Shown here: positions 1 to 13,090 of the stretch, piece by piece
How positions within the stretch are numbered: position 1 is the stretch's first letter
Layout of the letters: every line of letters begins with the position of its first letter
NCBI RefSeq assembly: GCF_009914755.1
Contig: NC_060927.1
Source of the DNA: the human T2T-CHM13v2.0 reference genome, Homo sapiens
Direction: 5' to 3' (one strand)
Length of the DNA stretch: 64,000 nucleotides
The notes under the pieces: generated by a model
Databases searched by the model: none
Told to the model about the DNA's origin: nothing
Seen by the model: the letters and a program-made list of their open reading frames with translations, nothing else
Position numbers and translations under genes: made by a program

Positions 1-1749
1 AGGAAATGGAATTAAGTATAGCAATGAAATTAAGATGGATTCACATGATGCATTCAATAAACTAATAACAGTGCATATTGATAAGTTTAAAACACCAAAA
101 TTGGTTTAAAATTATTTCTTATCTTTTATATTTTAGGGAAAATATCTCTTTTTCAATGCAAGGAATAAGAATTATAACAACAATAGCAACTAACAGTTTG
201 TGATTCCTGTGTAAGCACATAGCCACACTTAGCACTGTGCTAACAATGTTCTTTCCACAGATTTCCATGCATTGCAAAAGTTGAAATGTTTCCTAAATTA
301 TAGTGTCTGGGTTTCTAATTCCATTTTCTTGCAAAATAAGGATTATAAATTGTGTTTAAATAGTTGTATTTTTATATTTTATTGTTAAAGCTATTACTGA
401 TACTATTAATAATGGAAATTTGAACAGGGATGCTCCAATACAGTTAGTAATATTTGCACGTTTGGAATCATTCATACATACCTTAGCAGTTACTTAAATA
501 TAGAACTGAAAATATATTAGTTAAGTATGTTAGGTTTACAAAACATATTAGCAGATGTAAGATTTAAATACCATTATGCCAAATTTTAAAACTTTTGAAA
601 AAAAGCTTAAAAAGTTACTCTGGTAATCTGAAAACAATTTATTATGATTTGATTTAACTTAGTAATATGTTTGTCATGAGGGACATTTATTATAGCATAA
701 TAGATACAAAATAGGAACAAAAATTTTTAAATAGCTGTGTTGGCAGCAAATTTTTGTTATTACCATGATAGTTAAATCAGTATATTAGTCACCTATTTAT
801 GTGTATTTACCATAAAATAACTGACTTATTAAATTGAAATCAAGTCATTTTTTGTTTCTTAATTTTCACTGTGACCACTCATCCTGTTGATTACATGTTT
901 AAGTACACTTCTAATTGATCATGGAGTCTTTTGCTATAAATTACAGAGATGGAATGACAGATTTCACAGGTTGGTTGTGGCTTAATGACAAATTTCACAG
1001 TTTGAATAGAAAAAGAATATAAACACACACAGGAATAAGGTAGTTACATGGATTCATGATGTGAAAAGCTCTTTTCTAATGTATGCAGACACATTGATAA
1101 ATTGAATGTGAGAATACAAAGAGAATATTAAGCAGTGAGGAAATCAAAGAATATGCTATCCATTACATCTATCTAAACTTTTATTTTAAAATAAAAGATA
1201 TATACAGGATTTGATGTTTAAAATTCACAACATATTAATCTAGTATAACCTAATAAAAACATACAGCTTTAATAAATGAAATGTTATTGAGTAAAAAATT
1301 GGAATTGCATTACATTTTTCTCATATGTATGGTATTTTCCACCCATTATGCCTTTGATTCTGAAAGGAACCAATTCGTTGCAAAAACATAGCACTTTTCA
1401 AAACCACAGCATCCAGGTTTTCATAAAGGACTGTCAGGTTAATAGACACCTGAATATTAAAGAGAGGTCTTTGAGTGATGGGCAAACTTCTAAGTTTTAA
1501 TGATCACGATACCAGGGTTCACGAGGCAGAATTTTGATTTTCTTTTGGTTTGAGAATGACACTTTATAATAATAACTAATATAATTTTTAATTTATTTTT
1601 ATACCTTGTTTTGTGGATCTTTAAAATTAGTCAGAAAATATGAAATGGTAGCTAACTCAAAACTAGTGACTATAAGAAGAAAATTTGGAAGATTTTTAAA
1701 AATCATGTTAATATAATGCATTTTTATTAATATCAGAAAATTAGTAACA

Positions 1750-1885
1750 TAGTATTTAAGTGATTAGTCTCTGAAGTCTGACAGGCCAGGGTTCAAATGC
1801 TTCCAAGCAATGAGCCCTTAGACAAGTTTTATAAATTCACTAAGAATCAGTTTTTCTGTATCTAAAAATGACGGAACGGTAGTTT
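1750..1885 (+). mobile_element. MIR SINE fragment
   Basis: Degraded MIR core: 'tctgaagtctgacaggccagggttcaaatgc...cagtttttctgtatctaaaaatg'. Confidence 0.6.
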
Positions 1886-1969
1886 TGCATGTAATAAATA
1901 AATGTTCATTTATTTAATGTATTTTCTTACTATTATTAGTAAAAATTGTATTTATGTAGCTGAGTGATG

Positions 1970-2310
1970 TACTTGTAAGAATGTTTGTTGCAAAATTATT
2001 TATATTAACCAAATGTTGAAAACAATTAAAATATAAAGATAATAATACACAGACAATAAAAAGATTAGTAAATCCAAGTGTATTGGTATGAAGATATATT
2101 CACCACATACTGTTTGATAAAGACACAGGTCTAAAAGTGTGTGTTTGATGATTCAATTTTTTAATAGAAGTATAATTGTGCATTAAAAATGTCTGAAAAG
2201 TAACCACAAATATTAGTAATCCTCTTTAAATGGCATTACAGAAGACCTTATTTTACTTTATATATCTCCTTATTCTGATTTTTTATAGTTAATATGTAGT
2301 TTTGTAGTGA
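1970..2310 (+). mobile_element. Ancient L1M (L1ME-like) 3' fragment
   Basis: 'gtaagaatgtttgttgcaaaattatttatattaaccaaatgttgaaaacaattaaa' resembles the L1M 3' region; boundaries approximate. Confidence 0.45.
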
Positions 2311-3144
2311 ATATATATACACATATATATAGTAGTTAAAATAAGTAAACTTCATTTGCAGAGAAAAATAATTATGATGTTTCAGTTTAAAAATTAATAT
2401 AATGGGTTTAAAAAGAATTTAGGTAGTCCTTAAGTAATCCAAGTTGGTCGGCCAAATAACGAAGCTTAAGATAAAATAATATTGTTTTGATTATATTCTC
2501 CCCCTTTCACTTAAAAATGCCTTCTTTGTACATTTGTGTGCTCTTTACCTCGTTAATTTTAGTGGCTACTAATGCCAACAATTTTCAGGAATTGTGTGAT
2601 GCACTAATGACTTGTTCATTATTTCTTACGTTGGCCCCTATATCTATATAATTCCAAAGTCCTACACACATGCAAACCTCTCATGTAAAGACAGTGTTGA
2701 CTCTATGAGCCTCTAAAGTATCCAGATGTTGAAAATTTGTGTGGATTTGTAGCTACATTGCTACTTCACTTTTTGGTTGTTTGCTGTTATTGTGTTGACA
2801 TATTCAGACAGTGCATAACAGGCCCTTTTATTTCTAGGTGAACTTAGTGTCTTTTCATATAAATGTTAAAATAACTAATTTCATTCTAAAATTCACTCAG
2901 AGCCACTTGTAGCCTTTGATATAGCTGTCCTTTAGCTAAATGAAGTGTGTAGCATTGCTTTACCCACTCACTGTTGCTGGTAAAATGTAAAACTGAATGT
3001 GCATGTGTATATCAAACTACCTGTTAGTATGTGAGCTTTTATGATATTCTCATACTCTTTATTTATTTATAATTTCATATTTGCTATTTGTTTACTCTTT
3101 GGCCTAGATGTCTTTGTGCCTATGGATATTCCTCTTAAGTACTA

Positions 3145-3220
3145 CAGAAAGAGAGAGAGAGAGAGAGAAAGAGAGAAAGAAAAGAAAGAAAGAGAAAGAA
3201 AGAAAAAGGAAGGAAGGAAA
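3145..3220 (+). repeat. (GA)n/(GAAA)n purine-rich simple repeat
   Basis: 'gagagagagagagagagaaagagagaaagaaaagaaagaa...ggaaggaagg'. Confidence 0.9.
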
Positions 3221-3614
3221 CACATAGTTCTCAGTTTTCCAGGATTAATATTTTCCAGAAAATTTTGCTATGTTTCAGTGAATCTTTGTGACTTTGTCAA
3301 CCTTTGTAATCTGTCTAGCCAGTTGTTTTCCATATTGTGGAATTTCAGTGGTCCTCAGATATCCAACATGGGTTTAAAACAATAATTATTTATTCAAACC
3401 AAACAAAATAATCTCAATGAGGCAAAATGGAATCAAATTCATTCTAGGTATTGTAAATCCTTACTGACCCTATTTCTATTCCTAACCACATAAATTTCTT
3501 TTCTTTCCTTTTATTGTCTTTCTTTCCTTTCATTTGTCTTTCTTTCCTTATTTCTTTTATTAGGGAAATGAATAATGATGACACTTTTCTAGGCTAAGAT
3601 AATCCTTTAAACTC

Positions 3615-3697
3615 AGGATAGCATCATGTGAATTGGTATTGCAAATGACATGGATGCAAATTGGCATTTGCATTACCAATTCACATGATGCTGCCCT
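3615..3697. repeat. Near-perfect inverted repeat/hairpin (possible MITE remnant)
   Basis: 3620-3647 'agcatcatgtgaattggtattgcaaatg' pairs with 3665-3692 (27/28 matches), 17-nt spacer; pairing extends a few more bp with transitions. Confidence 0.85.
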
Positions 3698-3834
3698 ATA
3701 GATCTGAAGACCTCACAGATTCTAAAAGTCCTTAATATTCACAGGTAGTCACATGCTGGGAAGATGGTCTTCAGATAATTTATACTTTTATAGAGCATAA
3801 AATATGAGTTGGGTTGCTATCCATTTCATTTCAG

Positions 3835-3958
3835 ATCTTGTAAAAAGAGACTGTACTCTGAATAACAATTTCAAGAAAATCATTGACTCAAGAGGTTCAA
3901 GAAATTCACCAATAAAGTATAATGTGTTGAATGAGATGGCTCTGAGCTTGCACTCTTG
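3835..3958 (+). other. Candidate exon (likely non-coding transcript)
   Basis: Acceptor 'ccatttcatttcag|A' at 3835; donor 'TTG|gtaaga' after 3958; alternative donor 'GAG|gtaagc' after 4031; no recognisable repeat. Confidence 0.3.
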
Positions 3959-4908
3959 GTAAGACAGTCTAGTAAGAGCTGATGAGCAGAGTTGACTGTG
4001 TAAAATTATGCTGAATTGAAAGAGCCTCGAGGTAAGCTGTGATTGTCGGGCATTTATTACTGAATTAATCCTCATTTTAAAAAAATGAAAAAATGTGAAA
4101 TTTGACAGTCACCTAATATAAACCAAGAGCTGATATACTAGATCAGTACTAGAATAAAAACTGTTTACAAAAACAAGTTTCTGCCTTTTAATCAACATAG
4201 TCACATTCTTAATATCCGAATTACCAAATTTATTCTGAGTTTTCAAAGCACAATATTAAGTATAGCATAAAATAGAATTTACATACATATAAACAGCATT
4301 CAAAAGAACACTGAAAGATAATTTCAACATTAAATAAAGCTATTGAAATATGTGTAACTTCTACAAAGATATGTCTCTCTGGTTAAATTGAATGGTTATA
4401 ATTATGAAATTTTACTTTGATGATTTAGAGTATTTTGTTACTGTTTCAGGTGATTTTTATGTATTTAATCCTTAGGTAATTGATATTATTCTCCCTGCTC
4501 TATAGATGCAGACACAAAGTATAACATATAATAAATGAGAGAATCCATGTCTATGTGACCAAAACCCAGTGGATATTCCCACTGAACAACACTGTCTCAA
4601 AATAGCATAATTTGATAATTTAGGTTCCCAATAATAAATTATAGCAAGTTGTGTGTCATTTTAATAAGACTTTAATTTAATACTATTGAAATAGATTTTT
4701 GTAATGTATAATTGAATGTAAATATGTATCATAAGAGGAGTCTTGACTATGCCATTGGATACGAAGAGGGGAACCTGTTATTCTATTCATTATGATGAAA
4801 GACTGAATCATATAAACAGAAGAAAGCAGAAATACTAACAAACTTGGCTAAGAAACAAAGTCTAGGTACATTTAGCTTGGTAATTGAGTAACCAATTATA
4901 AAGAAAAG

Positions 4909-5788
4909 CGTGTGTGGTGAAAACACACTCAATGTGTTTTTCCTCTGCTCTCATGCAGTGATCAACACAGAAGATTTCTGTGAAAACCACAGGGAATTTC
5001 TCCCCACCAACAAACAAGCAATCAGTTCTTCCGTGGACGCCAGCTGGGGTCCTCTAATCCAATTCCCTCACTATCTACCTGAAGATGATGTCAGATTCCA
5101 TAGGTTGAAGGGTCAGTCCCCAAGCCTCCCCACCCCTTCCGACAGCACTCACAAGTCTGGACCTTGGGAATTTCTGACCAACTGGCCTCAAGTTGGGGTT
5201 CCCACAACCCTACCTTTCAGTTTGATTTATTTGCTAAAGCAGCTCACAGAACTCAGGGAAACAGTTACTTATGATTACCAGTTTATTACAAAGATATTTT
5301 AAAGCATACAAATAAACAGCCAGATAAAGCAATACATAGGGTGAGGTCTGGAGGGGTACTACAAGAGCTCCTGTCCCTATGGGGTTGCAGTAGCCCACCA
5401 TCTCCTGCACGCAGATGAGTTTTGTTCATCTTCTTGCAATCCTCCATGTGTTCATCCAGAAGCTCTCTGAACCCAGTCCTTTTGGATTTTTATGGAAGCT
5501 TCATTATGTAGACATGATTGATTAAATCATTGGCTGTTGTTGATCAGCTTAATCTTCAGCCTGCCCCCTTTCCTCGGAGTTTGGGGCGTGGGGCTGAAAG
5601 TCCCAACTCTGTAATCATACCTTGGTCTTTCTCGTGACCAGTTCCCATCCTGAAGCTACCAAGGGGCTGCCAACCACCAGTCAGTCATTAGGATAAAAAA
5701 AGTCATCTCTTTGGAGATTCTAAGGATTTTAGGAGCTGTATGGTAGGATATGGGGTTGAAAACCAAATATACATTTCACAATTTCACA
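4909..5788 (-). mobile_element. MER21-family solo LTR
   Basis: Minus strand starts 'tgtgaaattgtgaaatgtatatttggttttcaaccccatatcctaccatacagctcctaaaatccttagaatctccaaag', matching the MER21 5' end; 5-bp TSD AAAAG at 4904-4908 and 5789-5793. Confidence 0.85.
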
Positions 5789-6840
5789 AAAAGTGATAAA
5801 ATAAAGATCTAAAACCAGAAACATTGAAATGCATTAGAACGTTACATATTATAATGAAAGCAAAGGAAGGTGCCTTTTTTTAAAATAATAGAAGAAACAT
5901 TTTCTCTGCTTTCAACTCTGCTCATCTCCATTGTGCAAAGTTGCTTCACTGATGAATCTATTGAACAATTACTTGATATTTTAAACATACAGTCATTCTT
6001 TTCTTTAGGAGGAAAGTGTGTTAAAAATTTAGGAATTGTTTTGTAAAAAATAACTAAGCAACTTAAATTGAAAACAAAATTTTAAAAAGGCTTTGTGAAA
6101 AAAATTACATAGCAGCTAAATTAATAGACAATTTAACATTTCTTACAGCCTCAAAACTGGAATTCTGAGATATCCCGGGATCAGAATTACTAATCAGAGG
6201 TACCTTTTTTCCCCAATAAAAGATATTGGGAATCACAATATATGAATAAGATGACATGGAACAGCCCAAGACTAGGTATGGTAGGGGAGACAAATTGGCC
6301 TTTGCAGCTTCCATTATTCAGTTACACTGTAGCTAAGAGTCATTAAAGTAAGTAACGAAACAGAAAAAAAAGATAGAAGATGTTTGTTTTCGCATATCTA
6401 ACAAGGTAAATATTTAGTATTTTTTGTACTCTTCTTTGATTCTGTTTCTTTTGTACTGTTGCTTAATTCTCTTAACCACCATGGTACCTTCCATTCTTAG
6501 TTCTACTTAGTCATAGCCAAAGGATAATCCCAGTCCAAAGGCTTGGCTCACCTACGTAATTCTTTATCTTGATATGTATTTGTGTGCCTCTCTCTCTGTA
6601 TATAAGGAGAGAGTATAATACACATATTATACTATTAATTACACAGATATACTATTAATTCTATGTTTTGTATGTATAATTTATTTTTATTTTTTATCAT
6701 AAATTTAAATTCTACTGATCGAAATTTGTGGCAATAGTGTCTATTTGTTATCTCCATATATGACTGAATTGGTGCTTACTTATTGCCAATATTTGCAAAA
6801 TAATAATCCAGGAATTTAAATAATTATTTTTCTGTAAAAG

Positions 6841-6997
6841 AGGCGTAGTTGTGGGTGCGTGTAATCCCAACTACTCAGGAGGCTGAGGCAGGAGAATCGC
6901 TTGAACCCGGGAGGCAGAGGTTGCAGGGAGCTGAGATCGGCCACTGCACTCCAGCCTGGGTGACAGAATGAGACTCTGTCTCAAAAGAAAAAAAAAA
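6841..6997 (+). mobile_element. 5'-truncated Alu (right monomer, AluS-like)
   Basis: 'tgtaatcccaactactcaggaggctgaggcaggagaatcgcttgaacccgggagg...gagactctgtctc' followed by an A tail. Confidence 0.93.
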
Positions 6998-9900
6998 CCC
7001 AGAAATTAAAACACAGTTATGCAATTATGAGACTTATACTGGAGTTACTTGCAGAGAACAGTGGAAAAACAGACAGGGTATTAAAATTTTGGACACTGTA
7101 ACTGTGGACTCTTTCTCAGACACCATGCGGATTGATAGTCAGTAGATGAACATATAATCATAATTTCAGGCAGCGTGTTTCTTTAAATTAGCAGAAAAAA
7201 GTATCACCAATGCTTAGATTTATTGATATTTTTTCACTGGAAACTGATTTTCTTAATTAAAAAAAAGATGCAATGGAACTTTAAACTGTCAAAAAGAAAA
7301 AAAAAGGAAATGGGGGGACAGAATGAAAGGGGGAAAGAAGGAAAAAAAATAATTATTTCTAGTCAACTGTAGTGTCATCCTCATTTTTCCAGTATTCTTG
7401 CCCTTTCACTCAAAATATCCTCTGGTCTGTGGAGATCACTGCAAATCAGTTAGATACATCACCTTCCACTTGCTACCATATGTTGAATTCAGCTTGGGTC
7501 TTTTGATTATAAGCTCTCTGATGGAAATACATGGCTTCTCTGAATCTGACCAATTAGTGTTATTTTAATAGTTAGTACCAAAGGACTTGTGAGGATTAAG
7601 ATATTCTGAGAATCACTATCATTCCTTGCCTCTCTCTTTTTAGAAATTTGTTATTTTATAATCAAGAGGAGACTCTTAAAATTATTTTTGTCCCACAGAA
7701 AAAGGTTTAGGCATTTTTATCTTTGAGAAAGAATTCCACCATCATTATTTCCTTCTTCTCAATGCATGCCAGTGCATAACTTAAAATCAACATTGCTTGT
7801 ATAAGAGCAAAGAGAATTTGTAATTAAACCTCCAAAATCCCAGCCTGTCAGAAGTTCTAAGGAGAAAAACACAATTCAACTTGTCAACCGATAAAAATCA
7901 TTTTACAATTATACAAACCAAAGTGTGATGAAATGTCTTTTCATGAAAGTGATAGTTATGCTCAAAACATGTGAAGAGACACCATGAATATGATGCCAAA
8001 GGTTTAAACTATTTGCAGGCAGCATTGATTCATGCCCAATAGCCCAATATTCTCTCTTTGGTCAAGTCCTTGGGTACCAGAGTGACATATTCACATGGAA
8101 AGGAATTAAAGCTAATGAGATGATATTAGAATGAACACTTAGAATTATCTTTGTCATTTACTGTTTAAAACACAGAACCTAAAATAGTCAATTTAATCAA
8201 ATAAAACAGCTTCATTATTTGGCTTATATTTCACTGTGGAAATGTGCATTATAAAATTTAGTATAAAATAATAGTATTTTATATAAAATTCTTAGAGCAA
8301 CCAATAAACACACATACACACAAATATACACTTACGTATAAAGATGATAGGTACATAGATCCAATGTTGGAATTGTTCTAAATAAAACAACTTAAAATTT
8401 ATGAAAAATTTTTAAGCAACCTCCATAATTTCCATTATAAAATGGAACGTAAAAAGCAACATAACTGTAAGTTAGTGAATTTCCATTATAAAATGGAAAT
8501 TGTAAATACTGATTCTTTATTTTGCTAGTAATAGTTCATTGTCTTAGTTACAGACAGTATTTTTAAAAAATCATCAAACACAAAATGTTTCTAAAATAAA
8601 TTTTGATTGTAGACATATGTGCAATCCTTAAAACATCTTTTAAACAATTATTTGAAATTATCTGATATGTGACACAAAGCAATAGTCCTGAGGTCTATCA
8701 GAATTAAAAATTCTGAAGATCATACAATTTGTCTAGTCCTACCTCTTCCCAATGCTGCCATGTTTTTCTGTGACAGCACTGTTGGAATAGTCTCTAACTT
8801 TAACCAAGTATCTCTAAAACTTGAAATAATACCACTTTATATGACAGTCAATTTTTTTGGAATTAGTTCTTGTTGTTAAAAAGTTATTTTGAGGTGAAAT
8901 CCAGTTCCTTAAGACTTCCACTTTTAATTAAGTTGTCCTTTATTATTGTTATTTGTTTAAACAGAAAATAAAGCTCAATAATTTTTTAAGGTAATATTCT
9001 TCAATAATGGGAGGCATCCCCTTACAATGGAAGTATAGTCATATACCAATGCAAGAAAATGACCTCTGTTCTAACAAAGACGCACAATTATTTTCTAGTT
9101 ACACTGTAATGAAACTGAATATATAACTAGTATTTTCCAGATGATCAGAAACTATGTCTTAACATTAGGTATTAAAAAAGCAACATAACCATAAGATAAT
9201 TAATTTTGCTTTAGAGATGTTATATAAACCAGTGTATAGAAGCTGCTTTCAAATTTCCTGAGTTGTTTTTTAAATAAAAGACAATAATATCTGTTAATGA
9301 AAGAAACATTTTTAAGAAAATAAAGAATAATTCTACAGACACGTCATATTCCTATGTTAGCAATTTATAAGTATTCTATCTGCTAAAAGCAATAACTAAC
9401 TTTGAAAATTTGAATTAAATTCTTATTAGATTTATTTTGCCTAGTACATATAATAGAAAATAATTTATACTTGAAATGTAATTATGTCTTTATACATCCT
9501 TTCTTAGTTCAATGCGATTACTCTGCTCTGTTTTTTAACAGTGAAAACCAGTAATAAAAGAGACTCAAGTTTATTCTGAATGGAAGCTCATTTCTAGTGA
9601 ATGCTACTGCTTCAACTCTTTGTTTTTCTTTTCCTTGGAAATCTGAGAAAATTCTGTGATTTGGATAATGAACACACGGTTTTCAGATTTTGTTTTAATC
9701 CAGCACAACTCTTTTGACACATCAAGCAGTCACAAACCCAGCTCTGGTCTGAGCATGATGACAAGTTGTCAGACTGATGTGCAGTGCCTATCTCGGCATT
9801 TTCACGTTTTGTAGATGACAAGGTGAAAAGTGAGTAAACACTACACAACAAGAGCATAAAATAATTCCCCGCTTGAATTCCATTGCTTAGGATTTCTCGA

Positions 9901-10739
9901 AGGGTTAGTTCAGTTTTACAAAATAAAAGTATATATTTAATTTTAAAATTGGCAGATGAAAATGTGTATACACAAAAACTGTAAGCTTAGAATATTAAAA
10001 ATGCAAACAATTGCTTACCTTATGTGGATAGTCTATTTTCATTAGGTTACATATGGATGGAAACTATAGATTCTTACAAATACATTGTACAGATAGATGC
10101 CTTCACCACCACCATAAATGGTGATTTGGGGATTTGTTTTTTTTCTGGAAGGGAGAGAGGCATAGCTATAGCTTAATATGTCAGCAAGACAATATTATTC
10201 TGTCTTTAAATACAAAGCTTCTATCTAGTGTTTCCTCATGAAATATAAAATTCCACTTAAAATTCTAATCCTGTTTTCTACACTACACTAATTTTTCAAA
10301 TTTATCTTTCAAACTGAATATCCAAACTAAAAAATGCTGTAAATCTAAGACACATTCTAAGAATAGGATGTGAGAAGAATCCATTGCTGTTAATGAACTT
10401 GTGATAATAGTTTAGTTCATTTAGATTTGCTTGTATCATGTGTCTGTTTCCTCTTGCCTCCTTTTCACTCACTCTACACAAAATTAACATATGGAATTTT
10501 CTACAAGATCTTTTAGCAGATCCTCATAGTTGATTCTTCTTCTGAAGACTTTTCTTAACCATCTTTTCCCCTTTAACAACTTTTGGCCTGAAACTATGGA
10601 CTTTATTACTTTTCAATAATCAAACTTGCATACTTATCATGGTTAATTTAATCAGAATATCCCAGCCCCGCTACCCCTATGCACTGCGTTTTAAGAATTT
10701 CAACTTATTTGTAGCCACTGTTGGTTAGCTATTTCACCA

Positions 10740-11060
10740 GTAATATGTAATAAACAATGCCAAATCTGTAACAACACACATTCTTTTCTCATGAAGTGTC
10801 TGCAAATTTGTTTTGTTTTGTTTTGTTTTCTGTACTCAAATGGGATGGGCTTTAGGCTATGGTTTGGGATCATGTTTGTCCACATGTATCTCATTCTTGG
10901 GAGCAAGCTCTTTCAATAGGTGAGTATCAGAAGTGGGAGAGGCCAAGGCAAATTATGTAAGCACATTTAAGCTTTCTGATAAGCTTAAGCCCACTGATAA
11001 GAATCAGTGGGCCAGTAAGGTATACTCCAAGGACAAAGAAGCCATAACATGGGCTGGAAC
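10740..11060 (-). mobile_element. Old MLT1-type MaLR LTR fragment
   Basis: 'ccacatgtatctcattcttggg...ggccaaggcaaattatgtaagcacatttaagc' resembles MLT1J/K; highly diverged. Confidence 0.4.
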
Positions 11061-11413
11061 TGAAGGAAGAGCTGTGGACAAAATGTCACTTAACACCACT
11101 AGTTTCAAGGCATTCTATTTATTTTCAGTGCACACGTTAGCTACATACGACTTTCTTCCTCAACTTTTAGCATCATTACTCATTTTCTAAATTTCTAGAT
11201 GGTATTAATCTCATGGCATTTGATAATCACCTTGTTTATATTGAAGGTATGTGCCTTTTCAAATGTATAGGGTTAAACCATTTTGATTATACGTTATATG
11301 AATTTTCACTTTAAATACGTTTACTAGAGATTCTTGATTCGTTTTATTTAATAAAAGGTGTCATTTTGAACCATAAGGGTCAGCAGCAATACTAGTTAGT
11401 TTTCTCTTTCCAG

Positions 11414-11466
11414 GTATAAAAGATGCAGATTGTAGGAGCCCAAATGTAATGATGGAGGCAAACAAC
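11414..11466 (+). other. Candidate 53-nt exon
   Basis: Strong acceptor 'ttttctctttccag|G' and donor 'AAC|gtaagt'. Confidence 0.4.
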
Positions 11467-12276
11467 GTAAGTGTGAGATCCCAGGCTGAGAGTGAACAAA
11501 GGGTACTTAGCTGAGATAGGACAGCAGAGAATCAGAGAGCAAGTGTTATAATTGGAGATACACCACATTCCTCTTATGTCGAGTTTCTTGTTTTATAGAA
11601 ACTTCTGTCTTTCCTTAAACTATAGAGAAGTTTGATATATAAACCCAAATGTTAATTCAAATAGCATTGGTCGCTGAGTAAATTTAATTTGTGAGATGAC
11701 ATTTCCATTAATAGTTATCTTTTAAACAGCTATTTCAAGAATATTTTATTTTATGAATAGTTTAGAGATCTAATAGTTGAAAATTTCATTGTAGAATCAT
11801 TTTTTATTCCAAGACAAGTAATTATGGAATTATTGTGGATCATTTAGAAATCTCTATGAGAAAAAAAATGTTAAGGATATTGCTTTATTTTGATACTGGT
11901 TTTCCTTGCTACTTACAAGAGTGGTTTTAAATGAGTAATTGATGATTGTCAGAAATGTTGTCTTAAGGCCAAATACTTTAAAATAAAATATTCATATTTT
12001 GAGTAATTTTAAAATATTTAATTGGCATATTTAAAAACATTAAACAGTAGGCTAATTAATTCATATAACCATATAGAGAATCATTTTGTAACAGATATTC
12101 ATGGTAATTTAACTGAGAAGTTACTTTCCTCTTTTTGACATTTTTTGGTCAATAGCTCAGTTATTTTTAAAAATTCAGATTCTTAGTGTTAACATAATAT
12201 CTAGCCAGACTATTTGACAGTTGTTCACCTGGTACATAAAGTTTTGGCTCCACTCAAAATGCTTTTATAGAAACTC

Positions 12277-12550
<274 letters not shown>

Positions 12551-12739
12551 AAACTCATTTTTATACCCCTGCCTTGTTTGGAGGAACACATCGAAAATAG
12601 ATCATACAAGCTAGTCTTTACATTTATTTTAGGAATTTTTAGAAGGTGTAGTCTCCTACTTCATTCACATTATTCCCAGCTTTGAAGATCACCTGGAAAA
12701 ATGCTTCTGTCTTATGAATGATATTTACTTTATTTTTTG

Positions 12740-12820
12740 ATTATTTAATAATTTTTAAGTTTTTTGTGGGTATTTAGTAGGTGTATATATTTATAGGGTA
12801 CATGAGAAGTTTTGATACAT
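12740..12820 (-). mobile_element. L1MA 3'-end fragment
   Basis: 'ttttgtgggtatttagtaggtgtatatatttatagggtacatgagaagttttgataca' is a typical L1MA 3' terminus (reverse). Confidence 0.65.
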
Positions 12821-12859
12821 CAGCAGATCATGGAGATTTAATTCATTTTAAGTCCATAT

Positions 12860-13090
12860 AGTAGATTGAAGGCAAGATGATTGAGTCTCATGAGAGATAG
12901 ATGTGGGTTCAAATACCATCTCTATCTTGGACAACTTTCTAACCTAACTAAGCTTCGGTTCCTCATCTATAAAACAGACAAATTACTCTCCTCACAAAAT
13001 TTATCTGAAGGATAAATAATGAGAAAACACTGACCATGTAAGATAGCTAATACTACCCCTGTGACCTGTGAAAGTGCTAATGAATAGCTT
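12860..13090 (+). mobile_element. MIR
   Basis: 'gtgggttcaaataccatctct...ttcctcatctataaaacag'. Confidence 0.6.

Noticed and set aside
3041-3385. 114-aa ORF with an RE/KE-rich tract
   Set aside because: The charged tract is the translation of a (GA)n/(GAAA)n repeat; no coding signature.
4910-5302. 130-aa ORF
   Set aside because: Lies entirely within the MER21 LTR, antisense to it, and starts at GTG.
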